Part shown: one piece after another, positions 30,585-39,967 of the stretch
How the letters are laid out: every line of letters starts with the position of its first letter
How positions within the stretch are numbered: position 1 is the stretch's first letter
Assembly (NCBI GenBank): GCA_050010515.1
Contig: JBEKKX010000009.1
Coordinates: forward strand, 1-64,000
Length of the DNA stretch: 64,000 nt
From: Candidatus Bathyarchaeia archaeon
GTDB lineage: Archaea; Thermoproteota; Bathyarchaeia; Bathyarchaeales; Bathycorpusculaceae
Direction: 5' to 3'
Made by a program: the position numbers and the translations under genes
The notes under the pieces: generated by a model
Seen by the model: the letters and a program-made list of their open reading frames with translations, nothing else
What the model was told of the DNA's origin: nothing
Databases searched by the model: none

Positions 30585-31886
30585 TTATACAACCCCGTCC
30601 TCAGAAATCCCAACAAGCATAAGCGTTCCTGCTGGATTGGTATCAATTTCAATGGTGTTATTTCCGAAAGGAACACACAATTTAGTATCGAGTTTTGAGA
30701 GAAATTTTGCCCAAAATCTAACTGAACTTAGATATGAACTGTTATACTCTTTAGATAAATAACGGCTCATCAAGGAAGCGAGTTTTTCTTTTCGAATAGG
30801 CTTAATTCCGTCAGACGTGAATACTTTGGTTGGTTCTATTTTCAGAAAAAGTGCTTCGTTTATGTACATAAAGTTCAAGCTTGCTGCATAATGAACGCAA
30901 AAGATCACTTGTCCCTCTTTGCAAAAGGCTCTTGCAACTCTGCGTTCAACATACTTTGTTTTAGCTCGCCAACCAAAGACATAGTTTTTTCCTTCCTTAA
31001 GAAGGCAAATAAATCTATCATGGTCTCGGTCATAGCGCATGTTTCTTTTTCTGCAATACTTCTCCATAGCGAGATTAAGCAAGTAAATGATGTCGTTTCT
31101 GCTATCTTCATTTTTCAACAATTCAGAAGTGTTTTCTTCAGTAACCTCTCTTTTGTCTATTATTGGCGCAAAAATTGAAGAAGGGTCAGTTAAGTTATCA
31201 AACGTATAGAGTTTTCTGTTCTTAGGAAGAAAAGGGTGCTCCTCTACATCTGAGCCTAACTTCTGAAAAACTTGATTAACTCTTCTCAAATAAGTGGGAC
31301 TCGAATAAAGGGTGGGTGGTAAACTAATTATTGGAAAGAGATTTGACACCAAGTCTTCTTCTTTTTTATCTACGGGTTTAGGTTCAGCTAATACTTCTTC
31401 AGAAGCTTTTCCTATTATTTTGCCGTACTTCTGGACGTGTTCAACTAAATTTAGTACAATCTCTTTAAACTCACTTTCCACATATGAGCCGTCTGAAAGC
31501 ACCCTTTCACCATCAATTAATTCTCCATGCATGGCAACCCCAAATTTCCGCTGAGCAATTGCTCCCTTTTCAAATATTCTTTGGCATTTAGCATCTGCTA
31601 ACAGCTTGGGGTTTGCCACGACAATTTTGATATTTGCATCGGAATTTTGAACCAAAAACATATCTCTATAAAAATTCTGAAGGGATGCAGACCAAATTAC
31701 TTCGATGCATATGCTAATACCATCTTGGGTCATTGCCAAAATGTCTAGTTCATGACCTGACGACGGATATTCTTGTAATGAGGCACCTGTCCATTTTCTG
31801 AGATAATCACTAAGAATACCCTTTATTCTTTTATGCTGCTCGGATTCTGAAGAAGACAATTGCAGGTCACTTTGATTATTAATCAA
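30585..31886 (-). CDS. PD-(D/E)XK-like nuclease-APAZ fusion (short pAgo partner)
   Basis: C-terminal LVSNLFPI..LP.TLY / HYAA / LKIEPT.VFTSDG / EYNSSYL.VRFW typical of APAZ; N-terminal ESEQHKRIK...E...LDI...CIEVIWS. Confidence 0.8.
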   Translation of the reverse strand: MINNQSDLQLSSSESEQHKRIKGILSDYLRKWTGASLQEYPSSGHELDILAMTQDGISICIEVIWSASLQNFYRDMFLVQNSDANIKIVVANPKLLADAKCQRIFEKGAIAQRKFGVAMHGELIDGERVLSDGSYVESEFKEIVLNLVEHVQKYGKIIGKASEEVLAEPKPVDKKEEDLVSNLFPIISLPPTLYSSPTYLRRVNQVFQKLGSDVEEHPFLPKNRKLYTFDNLTDPSSIFAPIIDKREVTEENTSELLKNEDSRNDIIYLLNLAMEKYCRKRNMRYDRDHDRFICLLKEGKNYVFGWRAKTKYVERRVARAFCKEGQVIFCVHYAASLNFMYINEALFLKIEPTKVFTSDGIKPIRKEKLASLMSRYLSKEYNSSYLSSVRFWAKFLSKLDTKLCVPFGNNTIEIDTNPAGTLMLVGISEDGVV

Positions 31887-32083
31887 CGATATAATACAAT
31901 TTGAAATATAAAATTTGGTTAAGAAAGTCGAATTTGAACAACTTCAAACTCATGAACCCAAACTTCAGTGTTGGGTGTCAGGGTTCTGTTGTAGCACTTG
32001 ATTATCAAAAATAGCCTGATGATTTCCGATTTTCTGAAAACATTTATCTTTCAATCAGAGAACGTTATTTGTTAGTGAATTAA

Positions 32084-32398
32084 ATGGCAAAGGCCAAAAT
32101 GGATGAGAATGGCAGGGTTCAGATTTCCGTTAGAAACGATAAAGAAACTGGGGTTGAAAAGTGGCACCGAATTTGAACTTAAACAGGATGACGAGATGTT
32201 TTGGTTTTGAAACAAATTCTTCCAAAAAAATCCAAGCTTAAAAGTCCGCCTTTATCTGCTTCAGAAAAAATGGAAATAGAAGAAAGCGAAAAAGAGTTTG
32301 CTACGCAAAATACGAAAGTTTATGATAATTCCTCTGACCTTCTCAATGCATTGCACGCTGAAAGACAAAAAGCGCAAGCTGACAAAAGGGCTAAGTAG
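32084..32398 (+). pseudogene. Frameshifted AbrB/MazE-type antitoxin
   Basis: MAKAKMDENGRVQI / PLETIKKLGLKSGTEFEL / LVLKQI lie in different frames (two shifts). Confidence 0.6.
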
Positions 32399-32436
32399 GC
32401 AACCGATTTGTGGAAGGCAAAGCCGTCAAAATCGTT

Positions 32437-32838
32437 CTAAATCAATTCAAGCATGCTTTGAACTGTAATTATCCTAATTCCCTTGTAATCCTGTAAAGCT
32501 AAAAGATGTTTGTCTCCCGTCACAATTATGTCGGCGTTTCCATCGTAAGCTGTTTCAATAATCATATCGTCTTTGGGGTCTTCTTTGACTGCCTTGAGCT
32601 TTGACTTCACATTTATAACATCGGCTGATCGTTTCAGCGCATTAATAGTCTCTTTGATTTCCGCATTGGTTGTTTTGAGTTGCGGTCGACTAAGTACACT
32701 GACAAGCTCCTCCAAAATTAAGTCAGAAGTAACAATGGCAAATCGGTTCGCCAATCCTCGTTGGAAAAGCTCTCTTGATTTGCCGTTGGAAATTGTGGCG
32801 CTCACCAAAACGTTGGTGTCAAGAACGACCCTGAGCAT
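32437..32838 (-). CDS. PIN-domain (VapC-like) toxin
   Basis: VVLDTNVLVSA, DPKDDMIIETA, IVTGDKHLL. Confidence 0.92.
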   Translation of the reverse strand: MLRVVLDTNVLVSATISNGKSRELFQRGLANRFAIVTSDLILEELVSVLSRPQLKTTNAEIKETINALKRSADVINVKSKLKAVKEDPKDDMIIETAYDGNADIIVTGDKHLLALQDYKGIRIITVQSMLELI

Positions 32839-32851
32839 GTAATCATCTTAG

Positions 32852-33124
32852 TTATTTGCGGTGGCGCTCTTTTCTAACTTCTGAAACTATCTCTTGGATT
32901 TCTTCCTCTGAAATGTTTAGATGTTTTTTGTCCATCATTTCAAAGATGTGGTCCCATTCTTTTTTTATGTCAGGGAGTTCGAGCTTTTTGAGTATGATGG
33001 TATCGCCTTTGCCGTAGACGAGGAACTTGTTTTTCGGTTTTATTTTAAGCTGTTTTCTTATTGACTGCGGGATGACTACTTGCCCTTTTTCGCTGATTGT
33101 GGTTACTTGTGGTTCTTCGCTCAT
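32852..33124 (-). CDS. AbrB/MazE-family antitoxin
   Basis: TTISEKGQVVIPQSIRKQLKI; directly upstream of the PIN gene. Confidence 0.9.
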   Translation of the reverse strand: MSEEPQVTTISEKGQVVIPQSIRKQLKIKPKNKFLVYGKGDTIILKKLELPDIKKEWDHIFEMMDKKHLNISEEEIQEIVSEVRKERHRK

Positions 33125-33243
33125 ATTGCATCAGTAAGAATAGTTTACTTTCATACTATTAACAGTTGCGAAAACAAAATCACAAACATTTGCAAAAAGT
33201 TTGTGGATTAAAAGATAATCACTTTCACTCCCCCCTCCACTGA

Positions 33244-33431
33244 TTGAAAAAGTCGTTTCTGCGATTGTTTAATAGGTGAAAACAGTCGATTCTGCTATTC
33301 TTAGTATGTTGAAAAAGCATTGTTTCATGTTGAAAGTGCGGGACGTTTCGTCTATGTTGAACTATGTTGAATCATATTTGGCGTCTATTAGGAGCATCTA
33401 GTAGACTAGGAGGGTAGCTTGTGCACACACA
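33244..33431 (+). repeat. Left copy of ~190-bp imperfect inverted repeat with four ATGTTGAA boxes
   Basis: Reverse-complement match to 38686-38870, including the exact 24-mer TGAACTATGTTGAATCATATTTGG. Confidence 0.9.
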
Positions 33432-33723
33432 TAAACGGGCACCTGACCCTGACAGGTTAATCGCTATGGAATGGCGAATAATGCGTGACATGAAGAAGAT
33501 GCTCCGTGACACTAACCTTTCAGTTGCAGAGAGGACACGGTTGGCAAGTGCCTTGGGTTACCACGCAACCGTTCTAAACAAGTTGCTCAATCAGAAGGGG
33601 GAGGCGGCACACTTTAATGAAGCAACATTGGGCGATTTTATCAGCGATATTGATAAAAGCGCACGAACTCTGGTGAGAAGGGATTTTGAGGTTTGGACGA
33701 GAAAGCTTTCCTTGAAAAAATAA
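33421..33723 (+). CDS. Small helical protein upstream of TerL (possible terminase small subunit)
   Basis: 100 aa, overlaps the TerL start; assignment is positional only. Confidence 0.5.
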   Translation: MHTHKRAPDPDRLIAMEWRIMRDMKKMLRDTNLSVAERTRLASALGYHATVLNKLLNQKGEAAHFNEATLGDFISDIDKSARTLVRRDFEVWTRKLSLKK

Positions 33724-35162
33724 CCAGCAACCTATCATTCGCCGCCTCAATATGTGAAGATTTACTGCAGAGGCCAACAGCGTTAAGGCAATTGCTCGCC
33801 CACAAAGAAGTTGCCAGCAAACTTATCGCTGACCCCGTCTTTTTCGCCGTTTTAATGTGCGGGGACAAATGGCTTATCGAGGCACCTGAACATCAGAAGC
33901 TTCTTCGGGATGTAAGCCCGAGGCAAGTGGCGGTTTGCGGTCGGGGATGGGGCAAAAGCTTGGTTTTCAGCAGAAAAAACCTCTGGCTCCTATACACTAA
34001 GCCCAAAGTTGAAAGCCTCATCATAAGCAGCACCCAACGCCAATCCATGATAATGTTTGATTACTGCTACTTCACCATCCTAGCTAACCCGCTTCTAAGG
34101 CAGATGGTTCAGAGACCTGGAACAACCCGCACAACCATAAAGCTCAAGCCTCCGCTGGGTGGAAAAATCGTTGCCCTGCCATGCTCAAAAGACAAGCTCA
34201 GAGGCTACCATCCAGACTACGTCTTCATAGACGAAGCATCAATTGTCCCAGGCGAAATGATAACAAGCGAAATAATGATGATGCTCACAAAACCAGGCGC
34301 AAGCCTAGTCATGAGCGGCACACCCATGGGCCAAGACCACGTTTTCCGCAAAGCCTTCCTGGACACAAAACGCTACAGCGTACACCACTACGCAAGCTAC
34401 CAAAGCCCACTTGTCAGCCAAACGCAACTGGACGAATGGAAAGAAGTAATGACAAAAGAAGAATGGCAACGCGAAGTCGAAGGCATATGGATAGAAGCAA
34501 CCCACACATTCTTCCCCATGGACCTAATCGTAACCTGCGTAGACCCAGAGCTAGGCAACCCAGACTCGCCAAGCACCTACATCGAAGACATCGAAAAAGT
34601 CACGCCCCATCAGAAACTCAATGGACCCTATTACGCGGGATTAGACCTTGGCAAACAAGTCGACTACAGCGTGCTTGCAGTGATTCAGAAGAGCTACAGC
34701 GGCGAGCTGAGGCTGGTGCATAAACGCCAGTTTCCCTTGGGCACAAACTACCCCCAAGTCATCGGCTACATAGCCAGAGCGCAGCAGGTGTTCAACTTTG
34801 AAGGTTTATACGTGGACAAGGGCTGCATAGGCGACGCCGTTATCGATGAACTAAACAACATCTACATACCCGCCGTTGAAGGCGTTTTCTTTACAGACAC
34901 GGAAAAAGAGAATATGCTAAACAACCTTAAACTGCTCATGGAAAAGAAACTCCTCAAAATAGCAGGCGACGACAAAACCCTAATCGCTCAAATCAACGAA
35001 CAACAATACGAGTACCTGCAGCCTAAAACGGCTCAAGAACGAATCCACCTCAAATTCTGGCACCCACACGGAAGACACGACGACCAACTAATGGCTCTAG
35101 CACTAGCATGTAAAGCAGCCACAAACGCGGCACCGCCCGGCGTCGGCGCCATCATTCTCTAA
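33693..35162 (+). CDS. Terminase large subunit (ATPase plus RNase H-like nuclease)
   Basis: Walker A GRGWGKS, LRG, Walker B YVFIDEA, SGTP, nuclease GLDLG..DYS, VD, HDDQLMALALA. Confidence 0.92.
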   Translation: MDEKAFLEKITSNLSFAASICEDLLQRPTALRQLLAHKEVASKLIADPVFFAVLMCGDKWLIEAPEHQKLLRDVSPRQVAVCGRGWGKSLVFSRKNLWLLYTKPKVESLIISSTQRQSMIMFDYCYFTILANPLLRQMVQRPGTTRTTIKLKPPLGGKIVALPCSKDKLRGYHPDYVFIDEASIVPGEMITSEIMMMLTKPGASLVMSGTPMGQDHVFRKAFLDTKRYSVHHYASYQSPLVSQTQLDEWKEVMTKEEWQREVEGIWIEATHTFFPMDLIVTCVDPELGNPDSPSTYIEDIEKVTPHQKLNGPYYAGLDLGKQVDYSVLAVIQKSYSGELRLVHKRQFPLGTNYPQVIGYIARAQQVFNFEGLYVDKGCIGDAVIDELNNIYIPAVEGVFFTDTEKENMLNNLKLLMEKKLLKIAGDDKTLIAQINEQQYEYLQPKTAQERIHLKFWHPHGRHDDQLMALALACKAATNAAPPGVGAIIL

Positions 35163-35216
35163 CAGTAACCTGCATCGCAAAAACTAAAATCAAAAAATAA
35201 AGAAGAGGGAGGCTAA

Positions 35217-36005
35217 TTAGCTTACTTCGTTATTTTCGATCTTTCTAGCCATTTCAGCAATTATCTTTGTGAACGGATGGTCAGGTTTATCTGTGACAAA
35301 TATCAAGTTGCCTTCAGCTCTTAGGATTTCGCAGAAACAAGGCACGATTCCCAGCATGGGCACGTGATAAACAGTTTTTACTTTGTTGCTCATTTCGGCT
35401 TTCTTAGCTGTAGCTGATGAATCAAGCACTTTGTTTAGCACAAGTCCCGTTTTCTTCTCAAACAAGTTATACAGCTCCACTAGCATTCGTTTTGTTCCGT
35501 CCACATCGGAGCGGTCACCAGTTGTTGCCACAACCACGAAGTCAGCGGCTACAATAGCGTTTATTGAGGAATACTGCAGTCCTGGGCTTGTGTCAAAGAA
35601 CAAGTAATCAAACTTTTGATTCTTAAGCAATGTTTCCCTAAGGGCAAGCAGCCTTCCTAAAGCACGCATTTCCCATTTTCTATCCTTTCCAGACATGTCT
35701 CGGATTGCTTCAGTTGCAGGGTTTGCTAAGCCAGCGAAAAACTTGCCGTTTCCAGGAATCCTGCTGCTTAAATCTACAAGAACTTTTTCGACGTCACAGG
35801 TATTGTTTAGGTAATCGTTAAGCCAGCATTCGACGTTTTCAGCTTTCAGAATGGAGAACAAGCTTGGTGCCCGAAAATCAAGATCAAACACAGCAACTTT
35901 CTTGCCGTTTTTAGCCAAAGTAGCTGCTAAGTTTAAGGAAAGAAGCGTTTTTCCCGTTCCGCCTTTATATGAATGTACAGCGATTATTTTGCTCATAATT
36001 TTCAA
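35217..36005 (-). CDS. MinD/ParA-family ATPase
   Basis: SYKGGTGKT, DLDFRAP, FDTSPG, LNKV. Confidence 0.9.
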   Translation of the reverse strand: MKIMSKIIAVHSYKGGTGKTLLSLNLAATLAKNGKKVAVFDLDFRAPSLFSILKAENVECWLNDYLNNTCDVEKVLVDLSSRIPGNGKFFAGLANPATEAIRDMSGKDRKWEMRALGRLLALRETLLKNQKFDYLFFDTSPGLQYSSINAIVAADFVVVATTGDRSDVDGTKRMLVELYNLFEKKTGLVLNKVLDSSATAKKAEMSNKVKTVYHVPMLGIVPCFCEILRAEGNLIFVTDKPDHPFTKIIAEMARKIENNEVS

Positions 36006-36409
36006 CCCTGCGTTTCCCTATCAACAAAAAAATAGGCTTTTCTTCCCTTACGCTCCTTCTTAAGGTAACCCATAATCACCAGCTGATTAAGATACGCACT
36101 TTCCACAGCTCTAGCCCGACTTGTCTGCTCAGCAATCTCCTCAGCAGTCGCCCTTGAACACCTACAAATCGCCATAGCTGTTTTCCGCAGATGATCCGGC
36201 ATAGAAAGAAGCGTCATAACATCTAAAGAAGCATCAGGCAACGTTATAGCCGACCTCTGGCCGCCACTACCGCTCTTCTGAATCTCAATTATAACCTCCA
36301 TCTTCTGATTCAACCTCTCAAGACTCTCCTCAATTTTCTCAAGTATCGTAATCGGTTTTCTAGCCAATACTTCATCCTTAATCACAAATCCCTCCGACGT
36401 GTCTTGCAC
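36002..36409 (-). CDS. Winged-helix DNA-binding protein coupled to the ParA/MinD gene
   Basis: ATAEEIAEQTSRARAVESAYLNQLVIMGYLKKERKGRKAYF. Confidence 0.8.
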   Translation of the reverse strand: MQDTSEGFVIKDEVLARKPITILEKIEESLERLNQKMEVIIEIQKSGSGGQRSAITLPDASLDVMTLLSMPDHLRKTAMAICRCSRATAEEIAEQTSRARAVESAYLNQLVIMGYLKKERKGRKAYFFVDRETQG

Positions 36410-36584
36410 ATATACAGTTGGTAGTTTAATCCAAAAGCTATTTATTAAGTCTTACGAAACTTTACTACTTATTTGAAACAACTAAACTATAACATTAATA
36501 TTTAATGAGAGCGGAGTGCGGAATGGTAAAACGGGTAATGTGTAATATAATTTGTTTTTAGGGGAAATGTGGAAGTTGTGGGTT

Positions 36585-36878
36585 TTAGTAGGGGATTGCT
36601 GTTTGGTTTCGTGCTTCCTCTACTATGGGTAGGACTTGTTTTAGTTCTTTGAAGTATTTCAGTACTGTTATGCCTCGTTGTGTTACGGCGTAAACTACGC
36701 GTTGTTTTCCTGCTGTGCGTTCTTCGACCAGGCCTTGTTTTATGAGGAAGTCAAGGTATTCTTTTAGGACGCTGCAGTTAACGTTTGCTTTATACATGAC
36801 GTGTGTTAGTTTTAGCGGTCCTCTGTGAGCGAGAACCGAAAGGATGTCAACATACATTTCTAGTTTTGAACGGCGCAC
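36585..36878 (-). CDS. Archaeal winged-helix transcription regulator (COG3432-like)
   Basis: MRRSKLEMYVDIL...THVMYKANVN...Y.VT.RG. Confidence 0.85.
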   Translation of the reverse strand: MRRSKLEMYVDILSVLAHRGPLKLTHVMYKANVNCSVLKEYLDFLIKQGLVEERTAGKQRVVYAVTQRGITVLKYFKELKQVLPIVEEARNQTAIPY

Positions 36879-36963
36879 TTTTTACTCCTCTTTTTTATTA
36901 AACTCATTTTTTATTATAAATCTTTTATGTATTACTAATCAACATTTTTGTCCATGAATGCAG

Positions 36964-37182
36964 TTAATTATCAGCTTTTCTGCTTGCTCGGTTTAACACA
37001 TTTAACCTGTTTTCGAAGGCTGTGACCATGTCATCTAGCAATATTTCACGCAATTCTGTCGGCAATTGACCCATTTTTTCTTGGAAAACCCTCTCTAGCT
37101 TAGCTTCTAGTTCTTTCCTATCTTTTTCTGCAATTTGTTTCATACACTTTCCTCCAGATTCCAATTTCAATGGAACACACAT
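36964..37182 (-). CDS. Small hypothetical protein
   Basis: Charged helical ORF; likely start at the internal ATG after GGAGGA. Confidence 0.5.
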   Translation of the reverse strand: MCVPLKLESGGKCMKQIAEKDRKELEAKLERVFQEKMGQLPTELREILLDDMVTAFENRLNVLNRASRKADN

Positions 37183-37984
37183 TAGCGAATGCTATTTAAC
37201 TAACTTATGAAAGCAACCTATGAATCTAAAATAAATACCTAAAAACAAAACTGCTCCGTTCTTTCTGCAACCTTTATGTGACCTACGAGTTTTCTCATCT
37301 TAACTGGACTGCTTAGCTTTCAAGTAGCTATTTTTAGGCTTAGGTTCTATTGCAAAAGCTAAGGAATAAGAGAAAAATAAATTATTGTATACAATCATTG
37401 CTACATACATATTGTTTTGAACTGTTGCTTTTGTATCGCAATCACAAATTCATTTGAAGCTCAATGTGCATTTCCTAACGGCGGCAGTATTACCGCGCGT
37501 CCAAATGATTGTTTTATCGGAGTGTTTTTTTGTTGATTCCAGGCTCTTTTAAGATTAAATCTTGGAGCGTCCTACTTAGCAAAGGGTACATTTTAAATAA
37601 TCAAGTCCGGGCTGAATACTGTGAAAATTGCAATTCAACAAGTGAAGTTTTAACAACCAACTTTAACAATCCTAACTTATTGTTGTATAGCTGCAAAAAC
37701 AGCAAATGTAAACACAGGCTTTTACGCTTGAATTTTAACGATAACACATAGCGTTTGACGAAAAAAGCATGGTTTAAAATGAACCGAGAAGTGTAAGCGG
37801 CAGCAAAACGGTGACATTTTCAAATTACCAAAAACACTGTTACCGTGTGCTCCTAGTCCGTATCCTTTTTAATTCTCTAGACTCTAAAATCTGCTAATTA
37901 ATTCGGGTGATTTAACCAGAGCTTCACTGCTTTTTGGAGTGTACCCCCGCTGTTCCCTCAAGCCTTTGTTGGGAACTTTAATTT

Positions 37985-38263
37985 TTATGCGATGATTGCC
38001 ATTCCAGTTGGTTTTGTTTGAGAGCCATAAATCAGCAGAGACCATTGGTCTTCTTTTAAAATCATTCCACGTTTATTTACAATAGATTGCACGTTCATGA
38101 GACTTTTGACATCGAGAGAGACGTTTATTCGAAGATCAAATTCTTCTTTGGAACGGTTGCTTGGCGTTAGCGATATACTACTTATGAAAGCGTCTGGTAC
38201 ACACTTACATATTTCGCTCAAAAGCCGGGCTGCCTCGCGCCTTCTCATTACGCTGCCTCGCAA
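37985..38263 (-). CDS. Hypothetical protein
   Basis: 92-aa ORF with plausible composition. Confidence 0.5.
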   Translation of the reverse strand: MRGSVMRRREAARLLSEICKCVPDAFISSISLTPSNRSKEEFDLRINVSLDVKSLMNVQSIVNKRGMILKEDQWSLLIYGSQTKPTGMAIIA

Positions 38264-38685
38264 ATTGTATTGTAATATTGCTTAAGCTTATGAGAATTAC
38301 TCTCAAGCTCAAGTGAAAAATGGCAGACAAACGCTCTACAAAATGCATCATTTTTAACACATTTCCATGGCAAGATTGTTCAGAAACAAATTAACGTAGA
38401 TACCTTACAATATTATTATAAACCTGCATAACTCAAGCGATTGTATTGTAGTTATTCGACAAAAAAAAGTCCTAACTGATCTGCTGATTTTAATACAAAA
38501 AAATATTCATAATACTTTTGACAGGTAATCGTTAAGTAAAAGTTGAGCCTTTACATCAAACTTGCATGGAAGTTTAAGTCTTCCCGTTTATACAGTTTAA
38601 AATGGAGTTTGATGGGGGCGTGATCAGGTTCTATAAAATTAATATTTTGTATGTTTTTAGTTCTTGGCTTTTGTTTTAGGGTATT

Positions 38686-38870
38686 TGTGTGTGTACAACC
38701 TACCCCCGGGTCTACTATATGCTTCTAATATGCCCCAAATATGATTCAACATAGTTCATCATAGAATTAATGCGCGCACTTTCAACATGAAATGATGCTT
38801 TTTCAACATACGAGAATTGCAGAATCTACTGTTTACGCCTAATAAACCATCGCAGAAAAGCACTATTCAA
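38686..38870 (-). repeat. Right copy of the ~190-bp inverted repeat, ending in a truncated copy of the small-gene start
   Basis: Matches 33244-33431; minus-strand TTG TAC ACA CAC AAA (MYTHK) mirrors GTG CAC ACA CAT AAA (MHTHK) and stops after 13 codons. Confidence 0.9.
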
Positions 38871-39077
38871 GGTTGATATAAGCAAGCAAAAAGAAACGTG
38901 CACTAAACAGAAAGAAAAACCAAGAGCAAATATAAACAATTTTTTTTTAAAAAAAAGGACAAAGAATATTTAAGAAAAATTAGGCTTTGCCCTGGCGATT
39001 ATAATATTGAGCCTGATGCTTGGACAAACAGTATACCTTCAGGGTACCCGGCTCAGGTTCGAGTTGAATGGAACGAA

Positions 39078-39641
39078 TTGCATGAAGCGAAAGCATCTCA
39101 ACTTTATTTTCTCTCAAATCCTGCAACATTTAAGTTATCTGAAGATCAAACAAAGGCATTGACCGATATTTTGACTGCAGCTCCTCTCTTTAATGGCGAA
39201 CTTCATAAGGAGGTTCATATCGACTCAGCTGCAGAGAAGAGGTTCGCTGAGGTACTTGATGATAAGAAAATTGCCTATATCCGATTTAGCCAAACCCCTA
39301 GCGATTTTTCCAAAGTGCTTAGAGAAATGAAAGCTAAAAGACCTGATTTTTTAGTTTTTTCGGATAAGCCCTATTTTATTGAGGTAAAGCTCTGGCCACT
39401 AAAATACTACAAGCGAGAGATCGATATCTTCTTGGAAGAAATTGAGAAACTTAAGCAGCTTGAGTTTGCTACAGGGGTTACTGTTTTTATGGCTTTTCCA
39501 ATTGATATTCTTGGGCTTCAATGGAGAGCGGTACGGCCGGGACGGGCTTGGGCCACAGGACAACGAAGAACTGAGAAAGGCGATGTAATTATATCAATTT
39601 CCGTCGAGGAATTGGAAAAGCAAGAACTTCCCTTTCTCTAA
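39078..39641 (+). CDS. PD-(D/E)XK superfamily nuclease
   Basis: AEKRF...RPDFLV...YFIEVK. Confidence 0.75.
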   Translation: MHEAKASQLYFLSNPATFKLSEDQTKALTDILTAAPLFNGELHKEVHIDSAAEKRFAEVLDDKKIAYIRFSQTPSDFSKVLREMKAKRPDFLVFSDKPYFIEVKLWPLKYYKREIDIFLEEIEKLKQLEFATGVTVFMAFPIDILGLQWRAVRPGRAWATGQRRTEKGDVIISISVEELEKQELPFL

Positions 39642-39749
39642 GCGATTTCTGTCCTATCTCTTGGATATTTCAATATTTTTTGCACGCGCCGCGCACTAGT
39701 TGCTCAAAAAAGGTAATAAGCGATTAATGGGTATTATACTTGACCAAGA

Positions 39750-39947
39750 ATGAGAGAACCAGAAGAAATAAAAAAAGACTTGGAAGCCATTCGTGCTGAA
39801 ATGAAGAAACGGTCTCCTAATTCAGGAAAAGCATCGGTACAAAAAAAGTTTGATGAATTGTCAAAGAAAGACATCGAGTTAGAAAAAGAACTCGTTGAAT
39901 CTTTAGAACAAAAATATAAAATGAAAAAGAGCTCGGTATATCTTTAG
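39750..39947 (+). CDS. Small coiled-coil hypothetical protein
   Basis: ATG start, E/K-rich. Confidence 0.45.
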   Translation: MREPEEIKKDLEAIRAEMKKRSPNSGKASVQKKFDELSKKDIELEKELVESLEQKYKMKKSSVYL

Positions 39948-39967
39948 AACAAAAATATAAAATGAAA
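39899..39967 (+). repeat. 28-bp perfect direct repeat
   Basis: ATCTTTAGAACAAAAATATAAAATGAAA at 39899-39926 and 39940-39967. Confidence 0.9.

Noticed and set aside
33421-39947. Complete provirus
   Set aside because: No portal, capsid, tail, integrase or replication genes recognisable
39899-39967. Mini CRISPR array
   Set aside because: Only two copies, a 13-bp spacer, and the repeat is coding-derived
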